Positions 18,053-27,256 of a stretch of DNA of 58,829 nt are shown in pieces (position 1 is the first letter of the stretch; every line of letters begins with the position of its first letter). The notes under the pieces were generated by a model, which was not told the DNA's origin, made no database searches, and was given only the letters and a program-made list of their open reading frames with translations. The position numbers were made by a program, and so were the translations under genes. This DNA comes from a virus (Duplodnaviria > Caudoviricetes). The stretch spans positions 1-58,829 of the IMG/VR virus record IMGVR_UViG_3300037247_000927; one strand, written 5' to 3'.

Positions 18053-18076
18053 TTCATTTTCCTTTTTTAATGGCCT

Positions 18077-18187
18077 CTATCTATTTCGCCACCAGACCTG
18101 TATCAGAATGCCTACCAGCTCTGTAATCTTGTAGCCGATTACAAAACCAACAACTATCACTATTAATTTCCAGTACTCAAAGTCCAT
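18077..18187 (-). CDS. 36-aa membrane peptide
   Basis: MDFEYWKLIVIVVGFVIGYKITELVGILIQVWWRNR. Confidence 0.5.
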   Translation of the reverse strand: MDFEYWKLIVIVVGFVIGYKITELVGILIQVWWRNR

Positions 18188-18193
18188 TACTTC

Positions 18194-18487
18194 TTACTCC
18201 TTGTTTGCGGGTGAACAAAATTGTTTATAGCCATCAGCACATAAGCTGGCAGGTAAGTTTGCGCCGTCAACCAGCACAGTGAAGTATCTATTTGGTAGTT
18301 GTAAGCCGTCACAGGGCTGTTTGTAGCCGTCTTTCTCGATATAGATACACTTTGCCATGTCTAAGTAATCAAATGCGACTGCAGGCAGCTCCAAAGAGCA
18401 CTTGGCCGCGAAGAAAAGGGCCAGTACAGCCACGAATAAGAAGGAAAGGAATTCAAATAAATCTGTTTTTGTCGGTTTAGCGCTCAT
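18194..18487 (-). CDS. Membrane-anchored protein with Cys-containing periplasmic domain
   Basis: N-terminal TM segment; DGYKQ twice; ATGA-coupled start MSAKP. Confidence 0.6.
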   Translation of the reverse strand: MSAKPTKTDLFEFLSFLFVAVLALFFAAKCSLELPAVAFDYLDMAKCIYIEKDGYKQPCDGLQLPNRYFTVLVDGANLPASLCADGYKQFCSPANKE

Positions 18488-18678
18488 GTTGTTGGCTCCG
18501 GGTCCGGTCCAAACCACGCGCTGATGGTATAGTAGTCGGCATGATTAAGGTTCCTTTCCACTCCACGCTCTGCCCTGTCAGCTTGACTAATTGACTGGTA
18601 TGGCCCAAGAGTTTTCACAATACCGCCGCTGTATGATTTGATTAATACGTAATACCCGTTTTCTGCTTTATCTGCCAT
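18484..18678 (-). CDS. Hypothetical protein
   Basis: Operon packing. Confidence 0.65.
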   Translation of the reverse strand: MADKAENGYYVLIKSYSGGIVKTLGPYQSISQADRAERGVERNLNHADYYTISAWFGPDPEPTT

Positions 18679-18689
18679 GATTGTTCCCG

Positions 18690-19289
18690 TTAAATAAAAG
18701 TGAGAGCTTCAAATGGATCGGAGCGAACTGGCATAACTATAGATAAAGCCTGTCCAAATTTGCTGTGATAGCGCACTACAGCCGGATTATCTTTGCCCGT
18801 TGTGATTATCGTCATTGCTCCCATTCCAGGGCAGAGAATGCTCCCGGTCAGTCCTATTAACTGCATGTATGCAGGCTGAATGCATGTGGGTGCGGTTTCA
18901 ACTTCGGATAGTTCCTTTGTTGCATGGCTTGGGATAATTCGCCGCCATTCAGGGAATGCTTCATACATAACTTTCAGGTCATAAGTGGCATTCCCAACAG
19001 AAAGATAACATCTGTTATTTGGCTGGATCACAACTTCAGCGGTTTCATTTGAGCGCTTTTTGAGCTGAGTTATAACAGTCTTTGGAATAACTACTGTAAA
19101 AGGCCTGTCCCCAATGAATCCATTATCATCATCAAAACCTGCAAAAATAACGTGGCCGTCAGTGGCTACTATAGTTGTTCCTGTCCCGTCTTTGCCTGGG
19201 GATAAGTTCACACCATTAAGATACTCTCTGACATCTTTCTCAGCCTGATAAAGCGCTGCACATGCTAACAATTTTGCATTAATTCTCAT
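18690..19289 (-). CDS. Truncated DNA polymerase III beta-clamp-like protein
   Basis: DVREYLNGV, IVATDGH, FPEWRRIIP, VMPVR. Confidence 0.85.
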   Translation of the reverse strand: MRINAKLLACAALYQAEKDVREYLNGVNLSPGKDGTGTTIVATDGHVIFAGFDDDNGFIGDRPFTVVIPKTVITQLKKRSNETAEVVIQPNNRCYLSVGNATYDLKVMYEAFPEWRRIIPSHATKELSEVETAPTCIQPAYMQLIGLTGSILCPGMGAMTIITTGKDNPAVVRYHSKFGQALSIVMPVRSDPFEALTFI

Positions 19290-19292
19290 TGT

Positions 19293-19613
19293 CTAATCCT
19301 CTGTTCCGCTTAGTGTGGAATAAACAAAGGCAGCACTATCAATGTAGTGTCGATTCATAATATTTTGGATTTCTGGATATTCTTCGATCAGCTCGTCAAA
19401 TGATGTTGCGCTTAATCCGGCAATGTCAGCATCAGGGCCAACCTCAAACCAATATTCAATTTGGCGGCATAGACAATCTTTTGCAGTTGCCTTTGTGGGG
19501 GATTCTAGTAATTTCTCCAGGTCGTCTTGATCAACATAACCGCCCGTCATGTCGCAGGCTGGTGCTACCTCCCAAAGAAATTTATGATCTTTAAGCGCTT
19601 GTTCGTAATTCAT
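19293..19613 (-). CDS. Hypothetical acidic protein
   Basis: Operon packing. Confidence 0.65.
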   Translation of the reverse strand: MNYEQALKDHKFLWEVAPACDMTGGYVDQDDLEKLLESPTKATAKDCLCRQIEYWFEVGPDADIAGLSATSFDELIEEYPEIQNIMNRHYIDSAAFVYSTLSGTED

Positions 19614-19763
19614 TATCCAATCCTTTTGTTAATTAAAGTAGGCCGGAATTTTTACCCGCCGACCCTCCGGTTCTTTTCAAGGGTGTTTAACCCTGTGGCC
19701 ATTACTAATACCCTCCGGTGTTCTGGCCAGTAGCCAGGCCGCACATAACGCGGACTTTGAAGC

Positions 19764-22094
19764 CTATTCCCTGTCAATAATTACCAACTTTGATGCGGTA
19801 CCGGTCCCGCTCTGCTTGAATGAGTCTTCCGGAAGGTCGATTACTTCACCACCAACAGAATCAAACCAGTTTCTAAACTCAACTGCCTTTTTATCCTGTC
19901 TGAAAAATGGGCCGGGACTCATAATAGAAACCATCCGGCCACCTATTTTCAAGAATGAATAAGCAAGGCAAACATGCGTAATGTCTTGTAGGTTTTCAAA
20001 TGGTGGATTCATCACAATGCGGTCAAACTTAAAGCTGTTGAATTGCTCTGTGAAATCAACCGGTCTTGCGTCATAACCTTTTGCCTGGAGAATTTCACAC
20101 AATGAATGATTGATTTCATAGACCACGATCAGATTATCCATGTCCAGGGCCTCGATACCGTCAACAATTGCACCGCTTCCGGCTGAAGGTTCGAGCACGC
20201 TTTGCCCTGTTGTAATGTCGGCATAGTCAAGCATCAGATCAACAACGGGTTTTGGTGTCGGGAAGTATCCCGGTATTTTGTTGAAGCGTAGAGCCTCAGT
20301 CATTCGATCAAGATTTTCCTTGTGTTGCAGTTTTTCATCTTTGCCGGAAAGAATGTCCCACAACGCCAGGGCTTTTGGTGACGCGCTTTCGTGAGGCTTG
20401 CCGGTCCCGATTGAATATTGATGCCAGCCATTAGGGACAGATTCGAAACCTTCACCAAGCAAATCATAGACAGCCTTTTTAGACTTCAATCCGGCTAATA
20501 TTTCCGGCACTGTTCCTGCTTCGTGTAGATCGGCCAAAGCATTCAAAGCTTGTTGTGTTCTTTCCAGCTTGTCAGCTTCCGAGCGTGCGCTGGCGGCTTC
20601 TTTTTGCCGCTTTGGTGTGTTGGTCAGCCTGTCGCCTCGTTTGTTATCTATGGCGCTCTGAAGTTTGTCTGACATCTTGCGGAATCGCTCAGGTAATCCG
20701 GCTGGCGGTGTTGGTGGTGGTGGTTCATTATCAGGCGGACCCGTAAAGGATCGGGCTTGATCTTCAGATTTAAACGCAAAGCCTCCAGGAGTTTGGCCCC
20801 ACTTGCGAGAATACCAGCCGCCGTTATCTTTGGCGCGGTCTCTTTCGCTAGTGAATTCATCACGCTCCAACCTTGACAGCGGAACACATATAAAGAAGTC
20901 ATAACCGCGTTTTTCGTGGTAATGCTGCTCGATTGTGTAGCCGTGTGCGCTTGGTTTGGTGTTGGTGGTAGGTGTTGACCGTTCGACGCGCTCAGGAACG
21001 CACCAGCGGCCAACAGGGACGGACTTCGCACCGTGATACAGTTCAATTTTGTTAATTGACCAGCCGCTAGAGTCTCTGTGCCCATCTTTCAGATAATAAC
21101 CAGCACCAAAGCTGTATTTTTCGCGGTGTTCAATCTTTGATTCTTCAATCTTCCAATAAAACGGGATCAAGGTATCGTCAAACTTGATTGAGTAAGGTGC
21201 ATTTTTGCCATCAATCCATGCCTTCCCCTCGACTGGATCGGGATCACCTTTTTTATCAATCCATGCTTGTGCTTGGCCCGTCGTGGTAAAGTCTTTGCAT
21301 TCTGGTAATAAATCGGAATGCCACACTGAACCGCATCCTTTATGATAATAACTTCCATTGCTATGGAAATCTTCACCGATCATTACACGCGGAGTAAAGC
21401 AACCTTTGCCGGGTCCAAGGTGTTCCGTCTCAGGTGCATTTAATGCAGCCTTGCGCATTTCTGGGAATAGATCGCGGGTATGTGTTGACCATGCCAGAAT
21501 TAAAACTTCTTTGGTTGTGTGGCCGTGGTAATCGGTCATGATATCGGAATCATTAACATGCAATTCCGCCACAATTACAGCTTTAGCGCCTGGTGGCATT
21601 TTTTCCGTGGCCACTGCTTCAAATTCTGATCGGATTTGATCGGATTTGATACGCGCATTCTCGCGGGTTATTGCTTCCTTTTGGTGATGCTCTACCATCT
21701 GGACCACTAAAACCTTCATTTCCGCCATTGTCTTACTTGGTTTTAATTCATATTTCTGCGTCCAGGGTAAAACGATTTGTTCTGATAAATCTATAGATCG
21801 CGTGTTGTCTTCGTAAATGACATCAATGCTTTTATTGATCTTTTCCATTCCGGCACCGAGCATGTAGACATTGCCGGAAGACTCATTAACTGCGGATATC
21901 CAGCCGTTTTTATCGTACATGCTCCGGACTGGCTGACCAATATAAAAGCCTTCGCGGGTTTGTGTGTGGCTGTTCCAGTCATGCCCACATTTTGAACATT
22001 CTCTGATCAGTACCGTTTCAGGGCTAAATTGTTCATGCCCGCATTCAGGGCATTGATAAGCGTTAAAAAGTGCGTTTTGTGCTGTCTGATTCAT
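19764..22094 (-). CDS. Multidomain (polyvalent-type) protein with C-terminal amino-methyltransferase
   Basis: N-terminal CPEC..CSKC; YFPTP, VLEPSAGSGAI, IVMNPPF, SFKQSGT. Confidence 0.88.
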   Translation of the reverse strand: MNQTAQNALFNAYQCPECGHEQFSPETVLIRECSKCGHDWNSHTQTREGFYIGQPVRSMYDKNGWISAVNESSGNVYMLGAGMEKINKSIDVIYEDNTRSIDLSEQIVLPWTQKYELKPSKTMAEMKVLVVQMVEHHQKEAITRENARIKSDQIRSEFEAVATEKMPPGAKAVIVAELHVNDSDIMTDYHGHTTKEVLILAWSTHTRDLFPEMRKAALNAPETEHLGPGKGCFTPRVMIGEDFHSNGSYYHKGCGSVWHSDLLPECKDFTTTGQAQAWIDKKGDPDPVEGKAWIDGKNAPYSIKFDDTLIPFYWKIEESKIEHREKYSFGAGYYLKDGHRDSSGWSINKIELYHGAKSVPVGRWCVPERVERSTPTTNTKPSAHGYTIEQHYHEKRGYDFFICVPLSRLERDEFTSERDRAKDNGGWYSRKWGQTPGGFAFKSEDQARSFTGPPDNEPPPPTPPAGLPERFRKMSDKLQSAIDNKRGDRLTNTPKRQKEAASARSEADKLERTQQALNALADLHEAGTVPEILAGLKSKKAVYDLLGEGFESVPNGWHQYSIGTGKPHESASPKALALWDILSGKDEKLQHKENLDRMTEALRFNKIPGYFPTPKPVVDLMLDYADITTGQSVLEPSAGSGAIVDGIEALDMDNLIVVYEINHSLCEILQAKGYDARPVDFTEQFNSFKFDRIVMNPPFENLQDITHVCLAYSFLKIGGRMVSIMSPGPFFRQDKKAVEFRNWFDSVGGEVIDLPEDSFKQSGTGTASKLVIIDRE

Positions 22095-22123
22095 TGTTAA
22101 AACCTCTTATCCTTGTGGCGGTG

Positions 22124-22378
22124 TTATAATTCTTGTGCGTTGTAACGTCTAAATTCTGCACGGCTCTGCACCGTTGCCGGGTAGATAACATTCACTTTTA
22201 CAACATCGGCCCATACCTGGAGGGCGTGAGTTATTCGGCAAAATTTGAAACGTGGGTCACTTGCTCGAATTGCTTTGAGTTTGTCTTTTGTCCCTGATTC
22301 GGTGTATTCGCCTGTTTGGGTCTTCATTGCATATCGGCCCTCTACTTTTACATGATCTTTGAAGGTGTTCCGGTTCAT
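22124..22378 (-). CDS. Hypothetical early protein
   Basis: TAATG coupling. Confidence 0.6.
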   Translation of the reverse strand: MNRNTFKDHVKVEGRYAMKTQTGEYTESGTKDKLKAIRASDPRFKFCRITHALQVWADVVKVNVIYPATVQSRAEFRRYNAQEL

Positions 22379-22608
22379 TAAAATTCACCTACACAATGCA
22401 CATTCTGTTTTTCAGATTTGCACTTGTCGCGGTCTTCAATGAAGTTCCGAACCTCTTTAATGTCACCATCAAACATGCCCGTACTGCACTTAAAGCTTCC
22501 AATCTCTATAGGTTCATTGCGGTTAATCCGGAACACATAAAATGTTCTAGTCCTGCTACCGTTTAATTGAGTACGCCCGGTCTTTGTCATGTAAAAATAT
22601 GAATTCAT
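22378..22608 (-). CDS. Hypothetical early protein
   Basis: GGATAAGAGG RBS 8 nt upstream. Confidence 0.7.
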   Translation of the reverse strand: MNSYFYMTKTGRTQLNGSRTRTFYVFRINRNEPIEIGSFKCSTGMFDGDIKEVRNFIEDRDKCKSEKQNVHCVGEF

Positions 22609-22620
22609 AATATGATCCTC

Positions 22621-22851
22621 TTATCCGTTAATATTGTCGTTTAAATTTTTTAAGCAGCCCGTTATATCGGACCTAAAACAAAAACTTGTCGAGATACTCG
22701 ATATAGGGTGGCCTTTTATGTTTATCACTGAACCGTTAATTGATTTTATTTTGTGCCAGTAGCTATAGCCATCATCATCTTCAAGATAATACTTTTTATC
22801 TTTGGTCATGATGTGGCCTTTTTCTATTAAAATATCCTTTTCTGTGTACAT
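22621..22851 (-). CDS. Hypothetical early protein
   Basis: GGATGAGAGG RBS 8 nt upstream. Confidence 0.7.
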   Translation of the reverse strand: MYTEKDILIEKGHIMTKDKKYYLEDDDGYSYWHKIKSINGSVINIKGHPISSISTSFCFRSDITGCLKNLNDNING

Positions 22852-22873
22852 CTTAAATGCCTCTCATCCGTTT

Positions 22874-22922
22874 AAACTTCCAGGCTCTAGCCGCCCTCCT
22901 AGCGGCTATGGTCTGAAAACTT
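22874..22922 (-). promoter_or_regulatory. 49-nt RNase III-site-like hairpin, copy B
   Basis: 10-bp stem, 5x5 internal loop, 7-bp stem, 5-nt loop; covaries with copy A. Confidence 0.65.
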
Positions 22923-22964
22923 TATTCTGTAGCTTCTATAAACATAGCAATGCAAGATAGATTT

Positions 22965-23237
22965 TCACATCACACTTCCGAGTGGGCGCGTGTAAGTCTC
23001 GTCATCTTGGCCGGAACCCATAACAGGGTCTGGCTGGTTTTTTCTGTAGCGCGGGTCACTAGCATGCTCTTCCTCTTCTCTCTTATTTGGTGGCGGATCA
23101 AAAGAATGTTTATTTAAATCTTTGATCAATTCCATAGCCTGATCAATGGTGTGGACATTTTTCGAATGATTTCCGTCTGTGACTTCAAAACTGAATTCAA
23201 AGCCTGGGCCTATTCTTTCAATCCAAAAACCGGACAT
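22965..23237 (-). CDS. Hypothetical early protein
   Basis: GGGAGG RBS before MSGFWIE. Confidence 0.6.
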   Translation of the reverse strand: MSGFWIERIGPGFEFSFEVTDGNHSKNVHTIDQAMELIKDLNKHSFDPPPNKREEEEHASDPRYRKNQPDPVMGSGQDDETYTRPLGSVM

Positions 23238-23328
23238 TACAAAATCCTCCCCATGTTGATTAAAATCGAAACTATGGAAACCGTCATGATTAACCAGCAT
23301 GCGCGGCGCATAAAATCAGTTGATGCAT

Positions 23329-23493
23329 TCATGATTCTAGTCTCCTGTAATGAGTTATTTTATAGTCGTTGGGGTTTGGTTTGAGTTCTCCGAACCTTTG
23401 CGTAACAAATTTACGCCAAGCCGACTCTTCACTGAATGCTGTTATAACTGTTTCGGTGCCGTGCCCAGTTATTTTGAATTGGATAAGTGTCAT
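23329..23493 (-). CDS. Hypothetical 54-aa early protein (not in the ORF track)
   Basis: MTLIQFKITGHG...RRLES*; ATGA-coupled. Confidence 0.5.
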   Translation of the reverse strand: MTLIQFKITGHGTETVITAFSEESAWRKFVTQRFGELKPNPNDYKITHYRRLES

Positions 23494-23690
23494 TTTAATT
23501 CGTATCCATGCAATTCAAGATATCTTGATGCACTGTCCAGGTTAATAAATGATCGGCTATCGCGTCCGCATGGCAATTGTTTGCTACCGCCATTAAAAGC
23601 AAGTATCCAGCGATATGGTTTAACGCGTGACAGTTCAAGCTTTCGCCATGTATATAAACTTTCGGTATGTTTTGTTAATTTACGGCTCAT
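23490..23690 (-). CDS. Hypothetical early protein
   Basis: AAGAGGTG RBS. Confidence 0.6.
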   Translation of the reverse strand: MSRKLTKHTESLYTWRKLELSRVKPYRWILAFNGGSKQLPCGRDSRSFINLDSASRYLELHGYELK

Positions 23691-23932
23691 GATTTCACCT
23701 CTTTAATCGGTTGTGTTGGGTGATTGTGACAATTATCTTCAAGGCTTTGTAAGCAGGCATGGAGTGCATTAATTAGTACGGGTATGCTTTCAGCGTTTAT
23801 CGTGCTTGATAGACCTACAAAGCCGTGCAGAGTGTCATCTTGGTTCGGCATAGTCATAGCTCTGACTGTAAAACCTTCAGTATCATCTGGACCGGTTGGA
23901 ATGTTAAATGTTAAATGCTCTTCTACTGACAT
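23687..23932 (-). CDS. Hypothetical early protein
   Basis: AAGAGG RBS before MSVEEH. Confidence 0.6.
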   Translation of the reverse strand: MSVEEHLTFNIPTGPDDTEGFTVRAMTMPNQDDTLHGFVGLSSTINAESIPVLINALHACLQSLEDNCHNHPTQPIKEVKS

Positions 23933-24133
23933 TTTGATAATCCTCTTGTGTTTGTTGGTTACGATGGACCCCAAAGCCATTGACGTGCATAGTCAAACGC
24001 TGCAATGGCTGTTGTCTGTAATGCGGCATCGCCTGATATTGGAACCATGCGGCCATAGTGTTTAGAATAAATGCGCGGACGGAAAAGAATCTTCTCTCCG
24101 GGTCGTTCAAAATACACTTCAATAGCATCAATT

Positions 24134-24256
24134 TTAGTCGTGTTTGGCGCGTTCATTCTCATAAACTCCAATCAAGTAATTAAAGAAGGTAAAGATACCG
24201 GCAAGGATAAACAACCAAGCAAACGGTATCGCTGAAATTAGTAAAATGCGGATCAT
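24134..24256 (-). CDS. 40-aa membrane peptide
   Basis: MIRILLISAIPFAWLFILAGIFTFFNYLIG...; GGGTGAGAGG RBS. Confidence 0.55.
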   Translation of the reverse strand: MIRILLISAIPFAWLFILAGIFTFFNYLIGVYENERAKHD

Positions 24257-24273
24257 TTAAAACCTCTCACCCT

Positions 24274-24381
24274 CTAAAGCACAAAGGCAAAGTTAAAAGC
24301 AATAGATACTAGGCTAACAATGATTACAGCTACTTGAATCTTGCGCCATGTTGCGAGTGTGTTGGATTGTTGCGTATACAT
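24274..24381 (-). CDS. 35-aa membrane peptide
   Basis: MYTQQSNTLATWRKIQVAVIIVSLVSIAFNFAFVL; GGATAAGAGG RBS. Confidence 0.6.
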   Translation of the reverse strand: MYTQQSNTLATWRKIQVAVIIVSLVSIAFNFAFVL

Positions 24382-24406
24382 TATTTGTCCTCTTATCCTT
24401 TGGTAA

Positions 24407-24455
24407 AAACTATCAAGCGAAAGCCACTCCTCAAGTGGCTATAGTTTGAAAGCTT
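24407..24455 (-). promoter_or_regulatory. 49-nt RNase III-site-like hairpin, copy A
   Basis: Same geometry as 22874-22922. Confidence 0.65.
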
Positions 24456-24457
24456 GG

Positions 24458-24643
24458 TTACTTGGGATAATAAGAACAAACCTTTAAACAATCAGAAGGT
24501 GTTAACAGATCATTTCCGGTCGCCGGATCGCGTGAAGTAAACAATACGGTCTTGCCTGTGAATGCATTGGCTATTGTTAACTGATAACCGCAAGATATAT
24601 TTAACGGGTCAATTGGGCTGAATTTAACTGTGAAATGAGTCAT
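24458..24643 (-). CDS. First early gene, hypothetical
   Basis: GGATAAGAGG RBS just downstream of the early promoter. Confidence 0.7.
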   Translation of the reverse strand: MTHFTVKFSPIDPLNISCGYQLTIANAFTGKTVLFTSRDPATGNDLLTPSDCLKVCSYYPK

Positions 24644-24688
24644 TCTGTTACCTCTTATCCAGTGGTTAATATGATCTAAGTACCCTTG

Positions 24689-24716
24689 ATTATAGACCGA
24701 TCTGTGTATATGTCAA
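24689..24716 (-). promoter_or_regulatory. Strong sigma70 early promoter
   Basis: TTGACA-N16-TATAAT on the minus strand. Confidence 0.85.
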
Positions 24717-24989
24717 CATTATTGTTTGACTAATATCAAGCGAACAACTAAAGGCGGACCCGTAAACCATTACCCATAACGCTGTGCAGTTGATCGTTGC
24801 AAGGCGGAACCAATAACCCTATAACCCTAATAGACCACCTACAATATAGTAGATATAAGATCAATTATTAACAGATCAGTCTATAAAAAGTAGTTGAGTT
24901 AACCACAAACCTCTCAAATCACCCCCAAATTACCCATAATAAGCCCTATTTAGCCATAATGACCATTAAAGGGTGTTAATAGTGGATCA

Positions 24990-25530
24990 ATGGGTGGGAA
25001 GGAATGACCAAAATAGTGAAAGTAACATAGCTCATATAATCAATAAGTTAGTTAACTTGTTCCACCGGTAGTATAAAAGCCGATGGGTGGGAAGAAAACA
25101 TGCAAAAGGGTGGGAAAAAACCTACCCCTATTTTGTGAAATATGCATGATCGTGGTCTATATGAATCAATGACTTGCACGTATGACCATGAACGATACCC
25201 GCTTGACCGTCTACATTTGAATGTGTGGGTAGTATCGTGAGTGCATCAGAGAGTCAGCAGCCAGGGTTAACATAAATATCCAGGGTTCAGTCAGTAGTCA
25301 CAGCAATCATTGTCATAGCGCCATTACAGCAAGTCAGGAGATCAACACCCCCCCTATGGACCAAGTGATTAGTGAGACCCGCTATTGATATTTACGTAGT
25401 ACCCCAGACACTCATGGTTTCGCTATATTATTTTCCTCTTGAAATTCTTGTGCACCATGGGATTATTGACGTGGTTAAAAGGTATTGAGGCTTTATTGGC
25501 TGTAGAAAGGGGTCTTTGTGCACCATGGCT
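24990..25530. other. Non-coding region with two IHF consensus sites and short repeats; candidate packaging/genome-end region
   Basis: AATCAATAAGTTA (25038-25050), AATCAATGACTTG (25164-25176); GGGTGGGAA three times; TTGTGCACCATGG twice; upstream of TerL. Confidence 0.55.
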
Positions 25531-25597
25531 TTTTCAGATATATTTTTCTCCTGGGAATTTCTGGTATAGAATGCTGGTGTTCATAAAGGAGGCTGTT

Positions 25598-25744
25598 GTG
25601 AATCAAAAGAAACTGGTTTCAGCGATACGCGCAGGTCTTTGGGTTATGCTGGGACATATGAGTTCTGCGCAGTACGTTCACATAACACCAGATGGTCTTG
25701 GCAAGATTGTTTATTATCCCTACTATCAAAAGAGAGCAGAATGA
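25598..25744 (+). CDS. Hypothetical 48-aa protein
   Basis: AAGGAGG RBS before the GTG at 25598. Confidence 0.5.
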   Translation: MNQKKLVSAIRAGLWVMLGHMSSAQYVHITPDGLGKIVYYPYYQKRAE

Positions 25745-25748
25745 TCTG

Positions 25749-27254
25749 ATGTCTGCAATCTTTAACGAGATCAATTATCAACCCACTCCTACTGCAAGGC
25801 TCTTTCATGAGTGTACCAAGCAGATCAGGGGGATAGCGGGCGCTGTAGGCAATGGGAAGACCACGGCTGCCATGTTTGATATGTTTGGTCATATCATCAA
25901 CCAGAGGGCCTTCAACAACGTCAGAAGGAGTCGCTGGCTGATTGCGCGAGCTACTTATCCTGAGATTGAAGCGATTATTGTTTCTGAGCTAAAACGTTGG
26001 TTCCCTGAGTCCATTTTAACCATCAAGCTTAAAAAGCCGATTATTGGTGAATTCAATTTTGAACTACCTGATGGTTCGTTGGTAAAGGCTGAGCTTACAA
26101 TGATTGGTCTTGACAGGCCTGAATCTGCTGCCAAGCTGAGATCGTGGAATGGTACGGCTGCCTGGTTGAATGAAGCTGATACCCTCCACAAAGATGTTTT
26201 TGATATTGTCCAGCAGCGATGCAGGCGATATCCATCTCCCGTAGAGGGCGGTTTTAACTGGGGTGGTGTGATATTCGATTACAACCCGCCTGATATCAAG
26301 CACTGGCTGTACAAGAATTTCGTCAAAAGTTCTTTTAAAGATGTTGACGGTAATGAAATATCTCATGTCTTCCACATGGAGCCGCCTTTATATCGTGTTG
26401 AGGGTGAGCAAGCTGGTGGATTCTTCTATGAAGGTTTCTCGTACTTTGAAAACCCAAAGGGCGAGGGCATCATCTTCCAGGGCGATGGTATCAATTACTG
26501 GCTGAATCAGATCAGTGGTAAAGAAGACCGTTGGATTAAACGCTTCCTGTTGGGCCAGTACGTCCCGACGATGGAAGGTAAGCCTGTCTTCTGCACTTTT
26601 ATAGAAGATGAGCATATATCTCCCAACACTTTGAAGTTCATCCCTGGCAGAGAGGTTCTGATCACGTTTGATTGGGGTATGCACACAGCCGCCTTGCTCT
26701 CTCAGATTGATGCTGAGTCACGATTGCTGATTATCAGAGAGCTTTATGATGGTGATATGGGGCTATCCAACTTGCTCGAAGAGTTCCTGCTGCCTATTTT
26801 GAATGATGAGCTGCGTGGATTTAAAATCCGGTCCCTGGGTGATCCCGCTGGCAAGCCTGATGGCGTTACCGTCGATCTGACACCTTTCCGGATCGTCAAT
26901 GAATTCTTTCAGGAGCATGGTTTCACGAATGCTTTCTGCAACAGGGCATTAACAAATAATTGGATACCGCGCAAAGAAGCTGTAGACTATGTTCTGAAAA
27001 AGCGTGATGGCTGTTTGATTGATCCGTCTTGCGAAATACTGATTGAAGGATTGTCTGGTAATTACCTGTACGCACCGAAGCGTGGTGAATTTGCAACTTA
27101 CAAGGAAACGCCTGAAAAAAATAAATATAGTCATGTTCTCGATTGTTTTCAGTACGACTGTTTGGATTTCAAACATTTAGGTGGATCATCCAATGAGCAT
27201 CGCAGAATGAATCAAAACAGACAGGCACGGCAACAATACGGTCAAAGGCGTTAA
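25749..27254 (+). CDS. terL: Terminase large subunit
   Basis: Y-x-PTPT, GAVGNGKT Walker A, AWLNEA Walker B, DYNPP, FDWG, GDPAG, SHVLDCFQY nuclease motifs. Confidence 0.92.
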   Translation: MSAIFNEINYQPTPTARLFHECTKQIRGIAGAVGNGKTTAAMFDMFGHIINQRAFNNVRRSRWLIARATYPEIEAIIVSELKRWFPESILTIKLKKPIIGEFNFELPDGSLVKAELTMIGLDRPESAAKLRSWNGTAAWLNEADTLHKDVFDIVQQRCRRYPSPVEGGFNWGGVIFDYNPPDIKHWLYKNFVKSSFKDVDGNEISHVFHMEPPLYRVEGEQAGGFFYEGFSYFENPKGEGIIFQGDGINYWLNQISGKEDRWIKRFLLGQYVPTMEGKPVFCTFIEDEHISPNTLKFIPGREVLITFDWGMHTAALLSQIDAESRLLIIRELYDGDMGLSNLLEEFLLPILNDELRGFKIRSLGDPAGKPDGVTVDLTPFRIVNEFFQEHGFTNAFCNRALTNNWIPRKEAVDYVLKKRDGCLIDPSCEILIEGLSGNYLYAPKRGEFATYKETPEKNKYSHVLDCFQYDCLDFKHLGGSSNEHRRMNQNRQARQQYGQRR

Positions 27255-27256
27255 GC

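Noticed and set aside
25265-25292. dif-like Xer integration site
   Set aside because: TTAACATAA resembles the XerD arm but there is no XerC arm at 6-bp spacing
25439-25597. 5' extension of the ORF before TerL as a TerS candidate
   Set aside because: TTG start without an RBS, overlapping DNA repeats, and no HTH; the good RBS is at 25586-25592
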